Positions 10,387 through 20,698 are shown, counted from the stretch's first letter. The stretch: 64,000 nt of DNA from an uncultured Nitrospiraceae bacterium (GCA_963705105.1 CAVPIW010000010.1:32001-96000), one strand, 5' to 3'. The notes: generated by a model not told the origin, from the letters alone. Numbers and translations are program-made.

Positions 10387-11298
10387 TCACGTTATTTTGG
10401 GGACAGAGAGGAGATTGCCCGCGAGCGGCCTGTCCCATGCCACGGGGAAGAGCAAATCCGGATCATAGCGGGTGATATAAAAGACCGCGTATCCCGCTTC
10501 ATCGAAGAAGGCGCGCAGGACGTTCTTTGACGCCTGTGCCTGTTCGCGGTCACCGAAATTCGAGTCCTCATGCTCAAGCAGTATGCATGGCCTGTCCCTC
10601 GACACAAGGTTTCGCGCGCCCCGCAGCACCTCCTGCTCGAAACCCTGGACATCGATCTTGATGACGCTCACGTTCACGGAGTCATCGAAACATTCATCGA
10701 GGGTCGTGACGGGTACGGAGAGTTTTTCACGGGCCATACCGCCGGGCGGCTCCAGGAATGAGGAACTCCCGATATCCCTGATGTCGCATCCGTAGAGCGT
10801 GCAAGTCCCCGTAGAGGCGCCGATGCCGATTTCATGGAGACGGATATTACCGGTACGATTGAGGGCGAGATTTTTCTTGAAACGGCTGACCGCCATGGGA
10901 TGGGGTTCAAAGGCGTGGACCCCGACGTCCGGGCACGCAACGGCGAAGGGAATCGCATAGGCGCCGATGTTGGCGCCCACGTCAATCACGATCGTGCCGG
11001 GACGGGCATAACTCACCATGAACTGCAGGACATGGGCGTCATACAGGCCTTCCCTGATGATGCCCCTTTCGACGTGGGCGCGGTGGTCACAGAGGAAAAG
11101 GACCGATCGGTCCCTGAATACGCTGTGAATGAGGACCTCTCCGTCACGGAACTGCTCGAGGTCTTTTCCGGAACAGTAGAGGTCATCTTCAGTAAGCCTT
11201 CTCCCCCTTCCGAGGCGCTTGAGATAATGGATGCGGTCGATGGTGGGGTAGGGACGCCTGAGTCGGAGCAGGTAGAGGAGACGCAGGAGCCTTCGCAT
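10387..11298 (-). CDS. FkbM-family methyltransferase
   Basis: DVGANIG, AFEPHP, IKIDVQGFE; the longer ORF start lies inside a repeat, so ATG 11298 (after AAGGAG) is preferred. Confidence 0.88.
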   Translation of the reverse strand: MRRLLRLLYLLRLRRPYPTIDRIHYLKRLGRGRRLTEDDLYCSGKDLEQFRDGEVLIHSVFRDRSVLFLCDHRAHVERGIIREGLYDAHVLQFMVSYARPGTIVIDVGANIGAYAIPFAVACPDVGVHAFEPHPMAVSRFKKNLALNRTGNIRLHEIGIGASTGTCTLYGCDIRDIGSSSFLEPPGGMAREKLSVPVTTLDECFDDSVNVSVIKIDVQGFEQEVLRGARNLVSRDRPCILLEHEDSNFGDREQAQASKNVLRAFFDEAGYAVFYITRYDPDLLFPVAWDRPLAGNLLSVPKIT

Positions 11299-11309
11299 GG
11301 ACTCCTTTA

Positions 11310-11514
11310 CCTTATCGTTGCAAAAGGACATTCGGAAAGGCGGGGCGAAGATGCCGAAAAGCATTGGTGCTGCGAAACCTCTGCCTTCCCATATGGATCG
11401 TTTCGAGCTTATATTTGATCGCATAAAAGATGCGATCCCCATTGCCCAATTTCAAATGATGAAGCTCGCTATTAGCAAGGCTTTGAGGCACTTTGTCCCG
11501 CCTTATCATGCAAC
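11310..11514. repeat. Family A element
   Basis: CCTTATCGTTGCAA...GGAAAGGCGGGG...CCCGCCTTATCATGCAAC. Confidence 0.92.
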
Positions 11515-11522
11515 AGCAATGT

Positions 11523-12401
11523 TTACCCGGTCAGGATCTCCAGGATCTCCCGGTACCGTGCGGCGGTCTTGCCGATGATCTCTTCGGGCAGGACCGGCCC
11601 CGGATATGTCTTGTCCCAGTCGAGGGTAAGGAGGTAGTCCCGGACGATCTGTTTGTCGTAGCTGTCCTGTCCTTTTCCGGGCTGATAGTCCCGTATGGAC
11701 CAGAAGCGGGACGAATCGGGGGTGAGCAGTTCGTCGATAAGCGTGAGACGCCCGTCGACGAGGCCGAACTCCATCTTCGTGTCGGCGATGATGATGCCCT
11801 TCTTCTCGGCGATCTCCCGGGCCTTCCCGTAGACGCTCAGGCTTGCCGACCTCAACTGCTCAGCCAGGTCAGGTCCGATTATTCCTGCCGTCTCGTCAAA
11901 GGAGATGTTGATGTCATGGCCCTCTTCGGCTTTTGTACTGGGGGTGAAAATGGGGGTGTCGAGGCGCGACGACTCGACGAGGCCTTCGGGAAGCCTGATG
12001 CCGCAGACCATGCCGGTCTTCTTGTAGTCCTGCCAGCCTGAACCGGAAAGGTACCCCCGGACGATGCACTCGACGGGTATGGTCTCCGCCTTTTTCACCA
12101 GCATGCTCCTGCCGGAAAGGTCGTCCCTGTATTTGTGGAGGATTGCCGGGTAGTCGTCCACGTCCGTGGCGACGATGTGATTGCCGATGATCCCCTCCAC
12201 CTGCCTGAACCAGAAGAGGGAAATCCTCGTCAGCACCTCTCCCTTGCCCGGGATGCCGTTGGGAAGGACGACGTCAAAGGCGGACACCCTGTCTGAGGCT
12301 ATGATGAGCAGATAATCGCCGATCTCGTAAATATCCCGCACTTTGCCCCGGCGCAGAAAACGAACGTCGTCAAGGTGACTCTCCATCAAGACATCTGCCA
12401 T
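11523..12401 (-). CDS. purC: SAICAR synthase
   Basis: RGKVRDIY, SDRVSAFD, ECIVRGY, ADTKMEFG, DELLTPDSSRFW. Confidence 0.97.
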   Translation of the reverse strand: MADVLMESHLDDVRFLRRGKVRDIYEIGDYLLIIASDRVSAFDVVLPNGIPGKGEVLTRISLFWFRQVEGIIGNHIVATDVDDYPAILHKYRDDLSGRSMLVKKAETIPVECIVRGYLSGSGWQDYKKTGMVCGIRLPEGLVESSRLDTPIFTPSTKAEEGHDINISFDETAGIIGPDLAEQLRSASLSVYGKAREIAEKKGIIIADTKMEFGLVDGRLTLIDELLTPDSSRFWSIRDYQPGKGQDSYDKQIVRDYLLTLDWDKTYPGPVLPEEIIGKTAARYREILEILTG

Positions 12402-15031
12402 CGTCTCCTCCTGATCCATTTTTCGGTTTCCACTGCAAAGAATACCACAGATGACATCGCAAGTGTAAAGACCAGTTCATGAAAACTCAGCGGCCTCGTT
12501 TTGAAGACGGGATGGAGAAAGGGGACATAAATCGTCGCCATTTGCAGGACGAGCGTAAGGGCAAATGCGCCCAGGAGGGGCCTGTTCGATGACAGGCCCT
12601 GGCTGAAGAGGGACCGGCTCTCGGACCGTATGGCGAGCACGTGGCCCATCTGGCTGAGACAGAGGACGGTGAAGACCATGGTCTGCCAGTTTGCAGACCC
12701 CGTCTTCAGGGACCAGGCCTGGGTGATCAGGGAGACCCCTCCCATGAGCAGCCCGACCCAGATGATGTGCGCGCCGAGGCCATGGGCAAAGATGCTCTCG
12801 GAAGGATGGCGCGGAGGCCTTTCCATGATCCCCTTTTCCGCGGGCTCGGCGGCCAGGGCAAGCCCTGGCAGGCCGTCCGTCACGAGATTGATCCAGAGGA
12901 TGTGCACCGGCAGGAGGGGAATCGGGAGGCCCAGGAACGGTGCGAGGAAGATCGTCCAGATCTCTCCCGAATTGCTCGTCATCGTGTATTTGATGAATTT
13001 GCGGATGTTGTCGAACACCCTGCGTCCCTCTTTCACGGCCCTCACGATCGTCGCAAAGTTGTCGTCCATCAGGATCATGTGGGACGCCTCTTTTGAGACG
13101 TCGGTCCCCGTGATCCCCATGGCGATGCCGATGTCGGCACGTCTGAGAGCCGGGGCGTCGTTGACGCCGTCACCGGTCATGGCGACGAACTGTCCCCTGT
13201 CCTGGAGCGCCTTGATGATCTTCAGTTTCTGCTCGGGCGCCATGCGGGCATAGACACTGATGCCTTCAACCTTTTCGTCGAATTCGGCTATCGGCATCCC
13301 CTCGAGTTCCTGCCCCGTCATCACCGCCGCGGAATCGTCCTCAAGGATGCCCAACCGTCGGGCGATCGCCTCAGCCGTTGCCGGGTGATCACCTGTAATC
13401 ATGACAGGTCTGATGCCGGCGGATTTGCAAAGCGCTACGCTTCCGGCCGTCTCCTCCCGGGGGGGATCGATGAGGCCGACGAGGCCGATGAAGGTGAGAT
13501 CACTCTCGGCTGAACCGGGAGTGAGTGCATCGGGAAGCCGGTCCCATCTCTTCATGGCGACGGCAAGGACCCGAAGGCCTTCCGACGACATCCTGTCGCT
13601 TGCGCTGATGATTTGCGAGGCATCGGCTGCCTTGATTCCGCCAGTCGTCAACATGTCTGTCGATGCGCTGATGAGGGTCTCGACGGCGCCTTTCGTGAAG
13701 GAGATGACAGCGCCGTCATTACCGGCGTGGACCGTTGTCATGGCCTTTCTCTGCGCATCGAAGGGTATCTCGCCAACGCGGCGAAAAGCGGTTTCCAGGT
13801 CTTCCTTCCCGTATCCCATGTGCCGGGCGAACCGGTACAGGGCAATCTCCGTCGGGTCACCCGTCACCTCGCCGTCTCCGGAGACCCTGACGTCATTGCA
13901 GAGCGCGAGGGCGAGGAGCAGGCGGTCGAGGGTTCCCGTAAGTCCGGGGACTTCATTTGCCGCGCGGGGCTGAAGCTCCCCGATGCCGGCGACCCTGCCG
14001 TCGATCCACACCTTTTCGACGGTCATCCTGTTAAGGGTCAGCGTGCCTGTCTTGTCGGAGCAGATGTAGGTGACGGAGCCGAGGGTCTCGACGGCGGGGA
14101 GTTTCCGGATGATCGCATTCTGGGATACCATTTTCCTGGCCGCAAGGGCGAGTGAGATGGTCACGACGGCGGGCAAGGCTTCGGGGATGGCAGCGACGGC
14201 GAGGGAGATGGCCGTGAGGAGCATCAGCACGGGTTCCTGTCCCCTCATGACGCCGATGAGAAATATGACGGCGCAGAGGGCGAAGACGGCGAGGGCGAGC
14301 CTCCGGCCGAAGTGGGCGAGCCTCTTCTGGAGAGGGGTCCTTACCTCCTCCTCCTGGATCATGGCGGCGATCTTCCCGAGTTCCGTCTCCATGCCTGTGG
14401 CGGTGACGATACCCGAGCCGCGGCCGTTGACGACGACGGTGCCTTTGTAGGCCAGGTTCTTCCGGTCGCCAAGTGGGATGGATCCGCCGGGAATGGACGA
14501 GGTGTGTTTCTCCACCGCCACCGATTCTCCCGTCAGGGCCGATTCGTCGATCCTGAGGACGAAGGCCTCGGTGATCCTCATATCGGCGGGAACGATCCGC
14601 CCCGACTCCAGCATGACCACATCTCCGGGAACGATTTCAGCGGAGTGTATGCTGAAGGGTCTGCCGTCCCTGACGGTTTCTGCGGACGGCGTCGACATTT
14701 TTTTCAGCGCCTCCATCGCCTTTTCTGCCCTGTATTCCTGGACGAACCCGATGACGGCGTTGAGTATCACTATGACGAGGATCGCGATGGTGTCGATGTG
14801 CTCTCCGATGATGCCTGATATGATCGACGCTGCGATGAGGACGAGGATCATGAAGTCCCGGAATTGACCGAGGAACATCATGAAGTGGGAGCGGCGCTTC
14901 TTTTCCCTGAGCTCGTTGGGGCCGGCGGTCAGGAGTCTCCGGCGGGCCTCGTCGGCCGTCAGACCCAGGGGAGAAGAATGCAGCTCTTCGAAGACTTCAG
15001 AGAGCTCCTTTTCGTGCCAGTAGGTCTTCAA
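12386..15031 (-). CDS. P2A-type (Ca2+/Mn2+) P-type ATPase
   Basis: TGES, AIPEALP, DKTGTLT, MITGD, TGDGVND, WINLVTDG. Confidence 0.93.
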   Translation of the reverse strand: MKTYWHEKELSEVFEELHSSPLGLTADEARRRLLTAGPNELREKKRRSHFMMFLGQFRDFMILVLIAASIISGIIGEHIDTIAILVIVILNAVIGFVQEYRAEKAMEALKKMSTPSAETVRDGRPFSIHSAEIVPGDVVMLESGRIVPADMRITEAFVLRIDESALTGESVAVEKHTSSIPGGSIPLGDRKNLAYKGTVVVNGRGSGIVTATGMETELGKIAAMIQEEEVRTPLQKRLAHFGRRLALAVFALCAVIFLIGVMRGQEPVLMLLTAISLAVAAIPEALPAVVTISLALAARKMVSQNAIIRKLPAVETLGSVTYICSDKTGTLTLNRMTVEKVWIDGRVAGIGELQPRAANEVPGLTGTLDRLLLALALCNDVRVSGDGEVTGDPTEIALYRFARHMGYGKEDLETAFRRVGEIPFDAQRKAMTTVHAGNDGAVISFTKGAVETLISASTDMLTTGGIKAADASQIISASDRMSSEGLRVLAVAMKRWDRLPDALTPGSAESDLTFIGLVGLIDPPREETAGSVALCKSAGIRPVMITGDHPATAEAIARRLGILEDDSAAVMTGQELEGMPIAEFDEKVEGISVYARMAPEQKLKIIKALQDRGQFVAMTGDGVNDAPALRRADIGIAMGITGTDVSKEASHMILMDDNFATIVRAVKEGRRVFDNIRKFIKYTMTSNSGEIWTIFLAPFLGLPIPLLPVHILWINLVTDGLPGLALAAEPAEKGIMERPPRHPSESIFAHGLGAHIIWVGLLMGGVSLITQAWSLKTGSANWQTMVFTVLCLSQMGHVLAIRSESRSLFSQGLSSNRPLLGAFALTLVLQMATIYVPFLHPVFKTRPLSFHELVFTLAMSSVVFFAVETEKWIRRRRWQMS

Positions 15032-15065
15032 TCAGAAATGCCGATGCTGTGAGTACGGTGCACCG

Positions 15066-15572
15066 TTATGAGGACCCGGACCCTTTCTGCCGCATGGCTG
15101 CCGACTTTTCTTCAAGGGACGCCCTTGTCTTGTCCCGGAATGAATCAAGTGCGGCTGCGATTTCAGGATACTTGATCGACAGTATCGAGCAGGCGAGATA
15201 GGCCGCGTTTTTTGCACCGTCGATCGCCACTGTCGCCACGGGAACGCCCGGGGGCATCTGCACCGTCGAGTACAGGGCGTCGACACCGCCGAGGGCGCCG
15301 GACTTGAGGGGGACGCCGATGACGGGCAGGGTGGTGTGGGCCGCGATCACCCCTGCAAGGTGTGCTGCCATGCCCGCGCCGGCGATGAGTACCTCGATGC
15401 CGCGCTCACGGGCCGTCCTGGCATAGGCGGCCGTCTTGTCAGGAAGGCGATGGGCCGAGCTGATATCGATCTCGAAGGGCACTCCCATCTCCCTGAGCAC
15501 GTCCGCCGCCTTTTCCATGACCGGGAGGTCGCTCTCGCTCCCCATGAGGATTCCAACGAGTGGTTTCTGCAT
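15066..15572 (-). CDS. purE: N5-CAIR mutase
   Basis: [33 protein letters not shown]. Confidence 0.96.
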   Translation of the reverse strand: MQKPLVGILMGSESDLPVMEKAADVLREMGVPFEIDISSAHRLPDKTAAYARTARERGIEVLIAGAGMAAHLAGVIAAHTTLPVIGVPLKSGALGGVDALYSTVQMPPGVPVATVAIDGAKNAAYLACSILSIKYPEIAAALDSFRDKTRASLEEKSAAMRQKGSGSS

Positions 15573-15631
15573 CCTGTCCTCCTGACGCAAGATTCAAAAT
15601 TCGATCTATTTTACCCCACTTGTGTCCAAAA

Positions 15632-15765
15632 TATTAACCCGGCAACAGAACGGAAGAATTGCACCATGCCTTGTCATTCCGGCTTGTCCTCGCAGGGTCG
15701 AGGATAGGTCCGGAATCTTACGTGCGGGGTTGCGGCAATGACAATGGCGCCGGCAATTATGAAAT
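15632..15765. repeat. Family C palindromic element (TGTCATTCC...AATGACA)
   Basis: Core 15672-15743 matches 33025-33131 and 38395-38481; outer limits approximate. Confidence 0.8.
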
Positions 15766-15809
15766 AATCGGCGGTGTAAGAGGTGCGGCGAGATTTTGGA
15801 GACGGGGAT

Positions 15810-15866
15810 AGGGTGTGGTTTCTGAAGCAAAATTCACGGGTACTGTGAACGGCGGCGGGAGCCGAA
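15810..15866. repeat. 57-bp dispersed direct repeat, copy 2
   Basis: Matches 10213-10269 with a few substitutions. Confidence 0.85.
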
Positions 15867-15919
15867 AAAGAGAATTCGATAGGATCCGGGAGCGGTCCCC
15901 CGGATCCCTTTACCTTTTT

Positions 15920-16124
15920 GTTGCATGCAAAGGCGGGACAAAGTGCCTCAAAGCCTTGCTGATAGCGAGCATGATTATTTGAAATGGGACATTCGGGATC
16001 TCATCTTTTATGCGATCAACCATAGGCCTTAAATGATCCTTATGGGACGGCATAGGTTTCGCAGCACCAAGGCTTTTCGGCATCTTCGCCCCGCCTTTCC
16101 GGATGTCTTATTGCAACGATAAGG
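15920..16124. repeat. Family A element (reverse)
   Basis: GTTGCATGCAAAGGCGGGAC...CCCCGCCTTTCCGG...TTGCAACGATAAGG. Confidence 0.92.
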
Positions 16125-16134
16125 TTTATTCTGA

Positions 16135-16983
16135 CTAACCGCTCATTCTCATCGCCTTGAGGCGGGCGATACGCTCCTCCATGGGGGGGTGGGTGCTGAA
16201 GAGCTTCATGAGCGCGCCGCCCGAGAGGGGGTTGACGATGAACATGTGGGACGTGGCCGGGTTTGCATTCATCGGGACGCGGTGAGCGGCCACTTCGAGC
16301 TTTCCGAGCGCATTGGCGAGACTCATCGGGTTGCCGGCGATCATCGCGCCGCCTTCATCGGCGCCGAACTCCCTCGACCGGGATATGGCCATCTGCACGA
16401 GCATCGCCGCGATGGGGCCGACGATCATCATGACGATCGTGGCGACGGGGCTGCTTCCCTCGTCATCGTCGCTCCGTCCTCCGCCGAAGATCATCGCCCA
16501 CTGCGCCATCTGGGCCAGATAGCTGATGGCTCCCGCGATGGCGGCGGCGATGGTGCTCACAAGGATGTCGCGGTGCTTGATATGGGCGAGTTCGTGAGCG
16601 ATGACGCCCTCCAGCTCATCCCTGGAGAGAATTTTCATAATGCCCGTCGTCACCGCGACGGTGCCGTGCTCGGGGTTTCTTCCCGTGGCGAAGGCGTTCG
16701 GCTGGTCCTGGTTGATGATGCAGACCTTGGGCATGGGCAATTCGGCCCTCTGGGCAAGCCTCCTCACGATGTTGTACAGGTCCGGCGCCTCCGACTCCGT
16801 CACCTCTCTGGCGCCGTACATCCTGAGCACGATCTTGTCACTGAACCAGTAGGCGATGAAGTTCATGCCGAAGGCCATGACGAGAGCCATTGTCATGCCC
16901 GTTCTCCCGCCGATAAATGCGCCCACCATGACCAGCATCAGTGTGAGCGTGACCATCAAGAGCATTGTTTTGAAACTGTTCAT
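16135..16983 (-). CDS. htpX: Membrane zinc metalloprotease HtpX
   Basis: [28 protein letters not shown]. Confidence 0.96.
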   Translation of the reverse strand: MNSFKTMLLMVTLTLMLVMVGAFIGGRTGMTMALVMAFGMNFIAYWFSDKIVLRMYGAREVTESEAPDLYNIVRRLAQRAELPMPKVCIINQDQPNAFATGRNPEHGTVAVTTGIMKILSRDELEGVIAHELAHIKHRDILVSTIAAAIAGAISYLAQMAQWAMIFGGGRSDDDEGSSPVATIVMMIVGPIAAMLVQMAISRSREFGADEGGAMIAGNPMSLANALGKLEVAAHRVPMNANPATSHMFIVNPLSGGALMKLFSTHPPMEERIARLKAMRMSG

Positions 16984-17009
16984 TCTTACCTCCTGTCGGT
17001 TCCTCGCAT

Positions 17010-17050
17010 AAAAAAACCTTTACCAGCGGTCAGAGCGACGCGGTAAAGGT
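17010..17050 (-). terminator. Intrinsic terminator forming the riboswitch expression platform
   Basis: Minus strand ACCTTTACC...GGTAAAGGT followed by a U-tract; its 5' arm is the 3' strand of the aptamer P1. Confidence 0.8.
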
Positions 17051-17143
17051 CTCGCTTGTTAGGGTCCCTAACTCAATGGTACCGGTCCGCCTGACACAGA
17101 CGGACGTGCTGACGATCACCATCGATTCAGCTACTCCCCTTTA
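17044..17143 (-). ncRNA. yybP-ykoY (Mn2+) riboswitch aptamer
   Basis: Minus strand TAAAGGGGAGTAGC...CGTCAGCAC...CCGG...GCGAGACCTTTA matches the family hallmarks; P1 is TAAAGG/CCTTTA. Confidence 0.88.
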
Positions 17144-17149
17144 TGATTC

Positions 17150-17179
17150 ATAGTATCCGAATAAATGTACTGTTGTCAA
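17150..17179 (-). promoter_or_regulatory. Sigma70-type promoter of the riboswitch-htpX transcript
   Basis: TTGACA-N18-TACTAT; predicted +1 coincides with the aptamer start. Confidence 0.65.
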
Positions 17180-17196
17180 GGGATTGATCGGGCCTG

Positions 17197-17676
17197 TCAC
17201 GACTTCGGGGCAGGGCGGATGCCGATGGCTTCGAGCTCTTTGATCACCATCGCGACAAGGGTATCGATCCCTGACTGTATCGTCCCGGACAGATCGAGAC
17301 CCGTGTCGATCCGCTCCGGCTCTATCCCGATGAGCACGATGTGCCGGGGCATCCGGTCGGTGATCTGCGCGACGGCCAGGAGGTCCGACAGACCCAGTTG
17401 ATGGGGCGATATCTTGCTCGACAGGAAGACCGGTACGTCCTTGCCCTCGAGCCTGACGATCGTCCCCGGCGGGTTCCCGGACTTCACGACGTCGACGATG
17501 ATGACGTTCTCTTTGTCCTCAATGTACGGGAGAAGCTCCAGCCCCATGGTGCCGCCGTCGATCACCTCGACGTCGTCGGGCATATGGTATGCCGCGAGCA
17601 GTTTCTCTATGACACGGACACCGGCGCCCTCGTCCATGAGGAGGATATTGCCGATGCCGAGAATGGTGACAGCCAT
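17197..17676 (-). CDS. hybD: Hydrogenase maturation endopeptidase
   Basis: LGIGNILLMDEGAG, DGGTMG, SPHQLG. Confidence 0.92.
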   Translation of the reverse strand: MAVTILGIGNILLMDEGAGVRVIEKLLAAYHMPDDVEVIDGGTMGLELLPYIEDKENVIIVDVVKSGNPPGTIVRLEGKDVPVFLSSKISPHQLGLSDLLAVAQITDRMPRHIVLIGIEPERIDTGLDLSGTIQSGIDTLVAMVIKELEAIGIRPAPKS

Positions 17677-17693
17677 CAATTTTATCCTCCCTG

Positions 17694-17764
17694 TGGGGTC
17701 AGGTCTTGAATATTGACAATTGACCGTGCTCTGTTATGCAATCAATATTCAAGACCTGACCCCA
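17694..17764. repeat. Perfect 23-bp inverted repeat pair (REP-like hairpin)
   Basis: TGGGGTCAGGTCTTGAATATTGA (17694-17716) and its exact complement (17742-17764). Confidence 0.9.
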
Positions 17765-17765
17765 T

Positions 17766-17793
17766 AAAAGAGGCAGGCCCGGGCCTGCCTCTT
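17766..17793 (-). terminator. Terminator-like hairpin after hybC
   Basis: AAGAGGCAGGC-CCGG-GCCTGCCTCTT followed by TT. Confidence 0.65.
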
Positions 17794-17820
17794 CAGAGTA
17801 TACGCGATGCGTGTGCGTTT

Positions 17821-19521
17821 CTAAAAGGCCTTGACCTTCACGATCTCCCGGCGCTTAGTGTCGACCATGTGAATGGCGCAGGCGAGGCAGGGGTCGAAGG
17901 AATGGATGGTCCTGAGGACTTCGAGGGGGCGCTCCGGATCGGCAACGGGGTTGCCGACCAGTGACGCCTCATAGGGCAGCATCTCGTCCTTGTCGCTCCT
18001 CGGCCCGGCGTTCCACGTCGAAGGGACGACGCACTGATAGTTCTTGATCTTGCCGTTGTTGATGACGATCCAGTGGGAGAGGACACCCCTCGGCGCCTCA
18101 TGGAAGCCTACACCCCTCTGCTCGCCCGTCGGGAAATTGGGACGGTTGTATGTCGTCGTGTCTCCCTTTCCGACGTTGTCGATGAGCAGCTGCCACTGCT
18201 TCCCGAGGCTCTCATACATCACGGCGCACCGGACGGCACGGGCGGCGATCCTGCCGATCGTCGAATGGAGGGCGGCGACAGGGATCTTCGCCTTGGCGAG
18301 GCTGCCCACCGTCGCCAGGACATGGTCGACGTACTTTTTCGTCGGTCCGTGGCCCGCGGCATACATGCACAGGACGTTCGCCAGCGGTCCTACCTGGGCG
18401 GGCTTGTCATAGAAGGTAGGCGCCTTCACCCATGAGTATCTCCCGTTGTCCTGGAAGTCAGTATACTTCGGAACAGTCTCCTCTTCCCAGGGGTGGCGGT
18501 TCCAGTTCCCGTCGTACCAGGCGTGCTTGATCGCTTCCTTGACGCCTTTCTTGAAGTAGTCGTCCTGAAAACTCTTGATCGGCTTGAATGTGCCGACATC
18601 GCCGTTCTCGATGAATCCTCCCGGCAGGTCGAAGACGGTCCCCTTCGTGTCGAGGGGAAGGTCGGGGACGCAGAGGTAGTTCGTCACGCCGGCGCCGTAT
18701 TTCGTCCAGTCGGCATACATGGCCCCGACGGCGCAGACGTCCACGAGGAGGACGTCCTTGACGAAATCGCCGATCTGGTCGATGTGCTCCTTGATTTTGA
18801 AGAGTCGTTCCACGGTGAGCGTTGACGGGCTGTCCAGATTGATGGGGTTTGCCACGCCACCGACGGCGAAGTTCTGGAGCTGCGGGGTTTTACCGCCGAG
18901 GATGCCGGGGATCATGTTGATCTTTCTCTGGAACTCCAGCGCCTGGAGGTAGTGGGCCGTCGCGAGGAGGTTCACCTCGGGCGGCAGTTTCATGGCCGGG
19001 TGGCCCCAGTATCCGTTGTCGTATATGCCGAGCTGACCGGAGCCGACAAAGGCCTTCAGCCGGTCCTGTGTCGCCTTCATCACCTTGTAGTTGTTCAACG
19101 GCCACGGAGACAGGCTCTCGCCGAGCTGGGCCGCCTTTTTCGGGTCCGCCTTCAGGGCCGAGACGATATCGACCCAATCAAGGGCGCAGAGATGATAGAA
19201 GTGGACGATATGGTCGAACACGGCATGGGACGTGATGATCATGTTGCGGATGTACTGCGCATTCAGGGGAATTTCCATGTTGAGCGCATTCTCTACCGAC
19301 CTCACCGAGGCCAGCGCATGGACGGATGTTCAAACGCCGCAGATGCGCTGGGCAAACACCCAGGCGTCGCGCGGGTCCCTACCCTGCAGGATCACCTCGA
19401 TGCCTCTCCACATCTGTCCCGATGACCAGGCGTTGGTGACTTTGCCCCCGTCGATTTCACAGTCTATACGGAGATGGCCCTCTATTCTCGTGATCGGATC
19501 AATGGTGATTCTTTTACCCAT
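17821..19521 (-). CDS. hybC: [NiFe]-hydrogenase large subunit (HybC type), 566 aa, in-frame UGA at codon 64 (candidate selenocysteine)
   Basis: ORFs 19330-19521 and 17821-19305 share a frame: DPITRIEGH...QRICGV(TGA)[15 protein letters not shown]...DPCLACAIH. Confidence 0.9.
19295..19315 (-). promoter_or_regulatory. Candidate bacterial SECIS element
   Basis: GCUGGCCUC-GGU-GAGGUCGGU: 9 consecutive pairs (3 G-U) with a GGU loop; 23 nt separate the UGA from the loop. Confidence 0.65.
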
Positions 19522-19536
19522 ATATTCCTCCTATAT

Positions 19537-20673
19537 TTATGCGTGCCTGAGATCAGGCAGCACAGGCACTTTCTTGACGATTATGAGGTATCCCATAATC
19601 TCGATCGAGATTATCCCAAGGGTGATCATAATCTCGCCGAATGACGGGAAGTACAGCCACTCCGTTCCGGGGTTGAACCCGACCAGGTAGGCATTGAACC
19701 GGTAGATCGCTCCTGCCAGGAGCATGAGCGCCGATGAGATGAAGAGCGACTGCGGCTTTGCCCTGCCGGACGGGGCGAAGAGCATGAGCATGGGGATGAT
19801 GTAGAGGATGTTCTCGAGGAGGAACATATTCCCCTTGAGATCGCCCTTGAAGGCGAGGCCGAGCTGTCCCCTCACGAGAAGGTCCCCGAAACGGATCGCG
19901 AGATAGACGGCGATCAGCCAGGGGATGATGCCGGCGATTTTTCTGAGGATCGGTGTCTCAAAGGGCCGCTTCAATCCCACCGAGGAGATGACCGATTCCA
20001 GGACAACAGTGGAATACCCCATGGTGACGACGGAGATGATGAACAGGAGCGGGAGAAATCCCGTGTGCCAGAGCGGTGAGAGCTTGCTCCCGGCGATCAG
20101 CAGGACCGACCCCAGCGAAGACTGGTGCATCGTCGGCAGCAGGATCCCGAGGGCGATGAATACGAAGATGAACTTGTTGAGTGTCTTCCGCAGGTTGTCC
20201 GCTTTGGTCTGCTCGAGGTAGGCAGGGGCCATCTCGATCCAGAGGACGCCCGTATAGAGGGCGATGCAGAGCGCCACCTCCAGGAGGACGGAATTGACGT
20301 TGATATACTGCGGCAGAAAGACGTTGTACATCTGCCAGTAACGGCCGATGTCGACAAAGACCGAGACGGCCGCCATCGTGTATCCGAAGAGGCTCGTCAG
20401 CACGGCGGGCCTGATGAGGGGATGATATTCCCCCTTGTTGAGGACATAGACAAGGATCGCCATCGCATAGCCGCCGCACCCGAGGGCCGTTCCCACGACG
20501 ACGTCATAGGCGATCCAGATGCCCCAGGCATAGCCGTCGTTCATGTTCGTCACGGCGCCGATGCCGTAAATGAACCTCTTGGCGAGATAGTAGGCGGCGA
20601 CGAGAGCGAATACCATGAGGACCATAAAGGGTTTCGTCAGGATTTTACCACCGATCGGTTTGCTTTCCTCCAT
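19537..20673 (-). CDS. hybB: NrfD-family integral membrane subunit of hydrogenase-2
   Basis: WGIWIAYDVV, DIGRYW, LPTMHQSSLG; multiple TM segments. Confidence 0.93.
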   Translation of the reverse strand: MEESKPIGGKILTKPFMVLMVFALVAAYYLAKRFIYGIGAVTNMNDGYAWGIWIAYDVVVGTALGCGGYAMAILVYVLNKGEYHPLIRPAVLTSLFGYTMAAVSVFVDIGRYWQMYNVFLPQYINVNSVLLEVALCIALYTGVLWIEMAPAYLEQTKADNLRKTLNKFIFVFIALGILLPTMHQSSLGSVLLIAGSKLSPLWHTGFLPLLFIISVVTMGYSTVVLESVISSVGLKRPFETPILRKIAGIIPWLIAVYLAIRFGDLLVRGQLGLAFKGDLKGNMFLLENILYIIPMLMLFAPSGRAKPQSLFISSALMLLAGAIYRFNAYLVGFNPGTEWLYFPSFGEIMITLGIISIEIMGYLIIVKKVPVLPDLRHA

Positions 20674-20698
20674 ACAGTCTCTCCTTTATCTCGATAGC

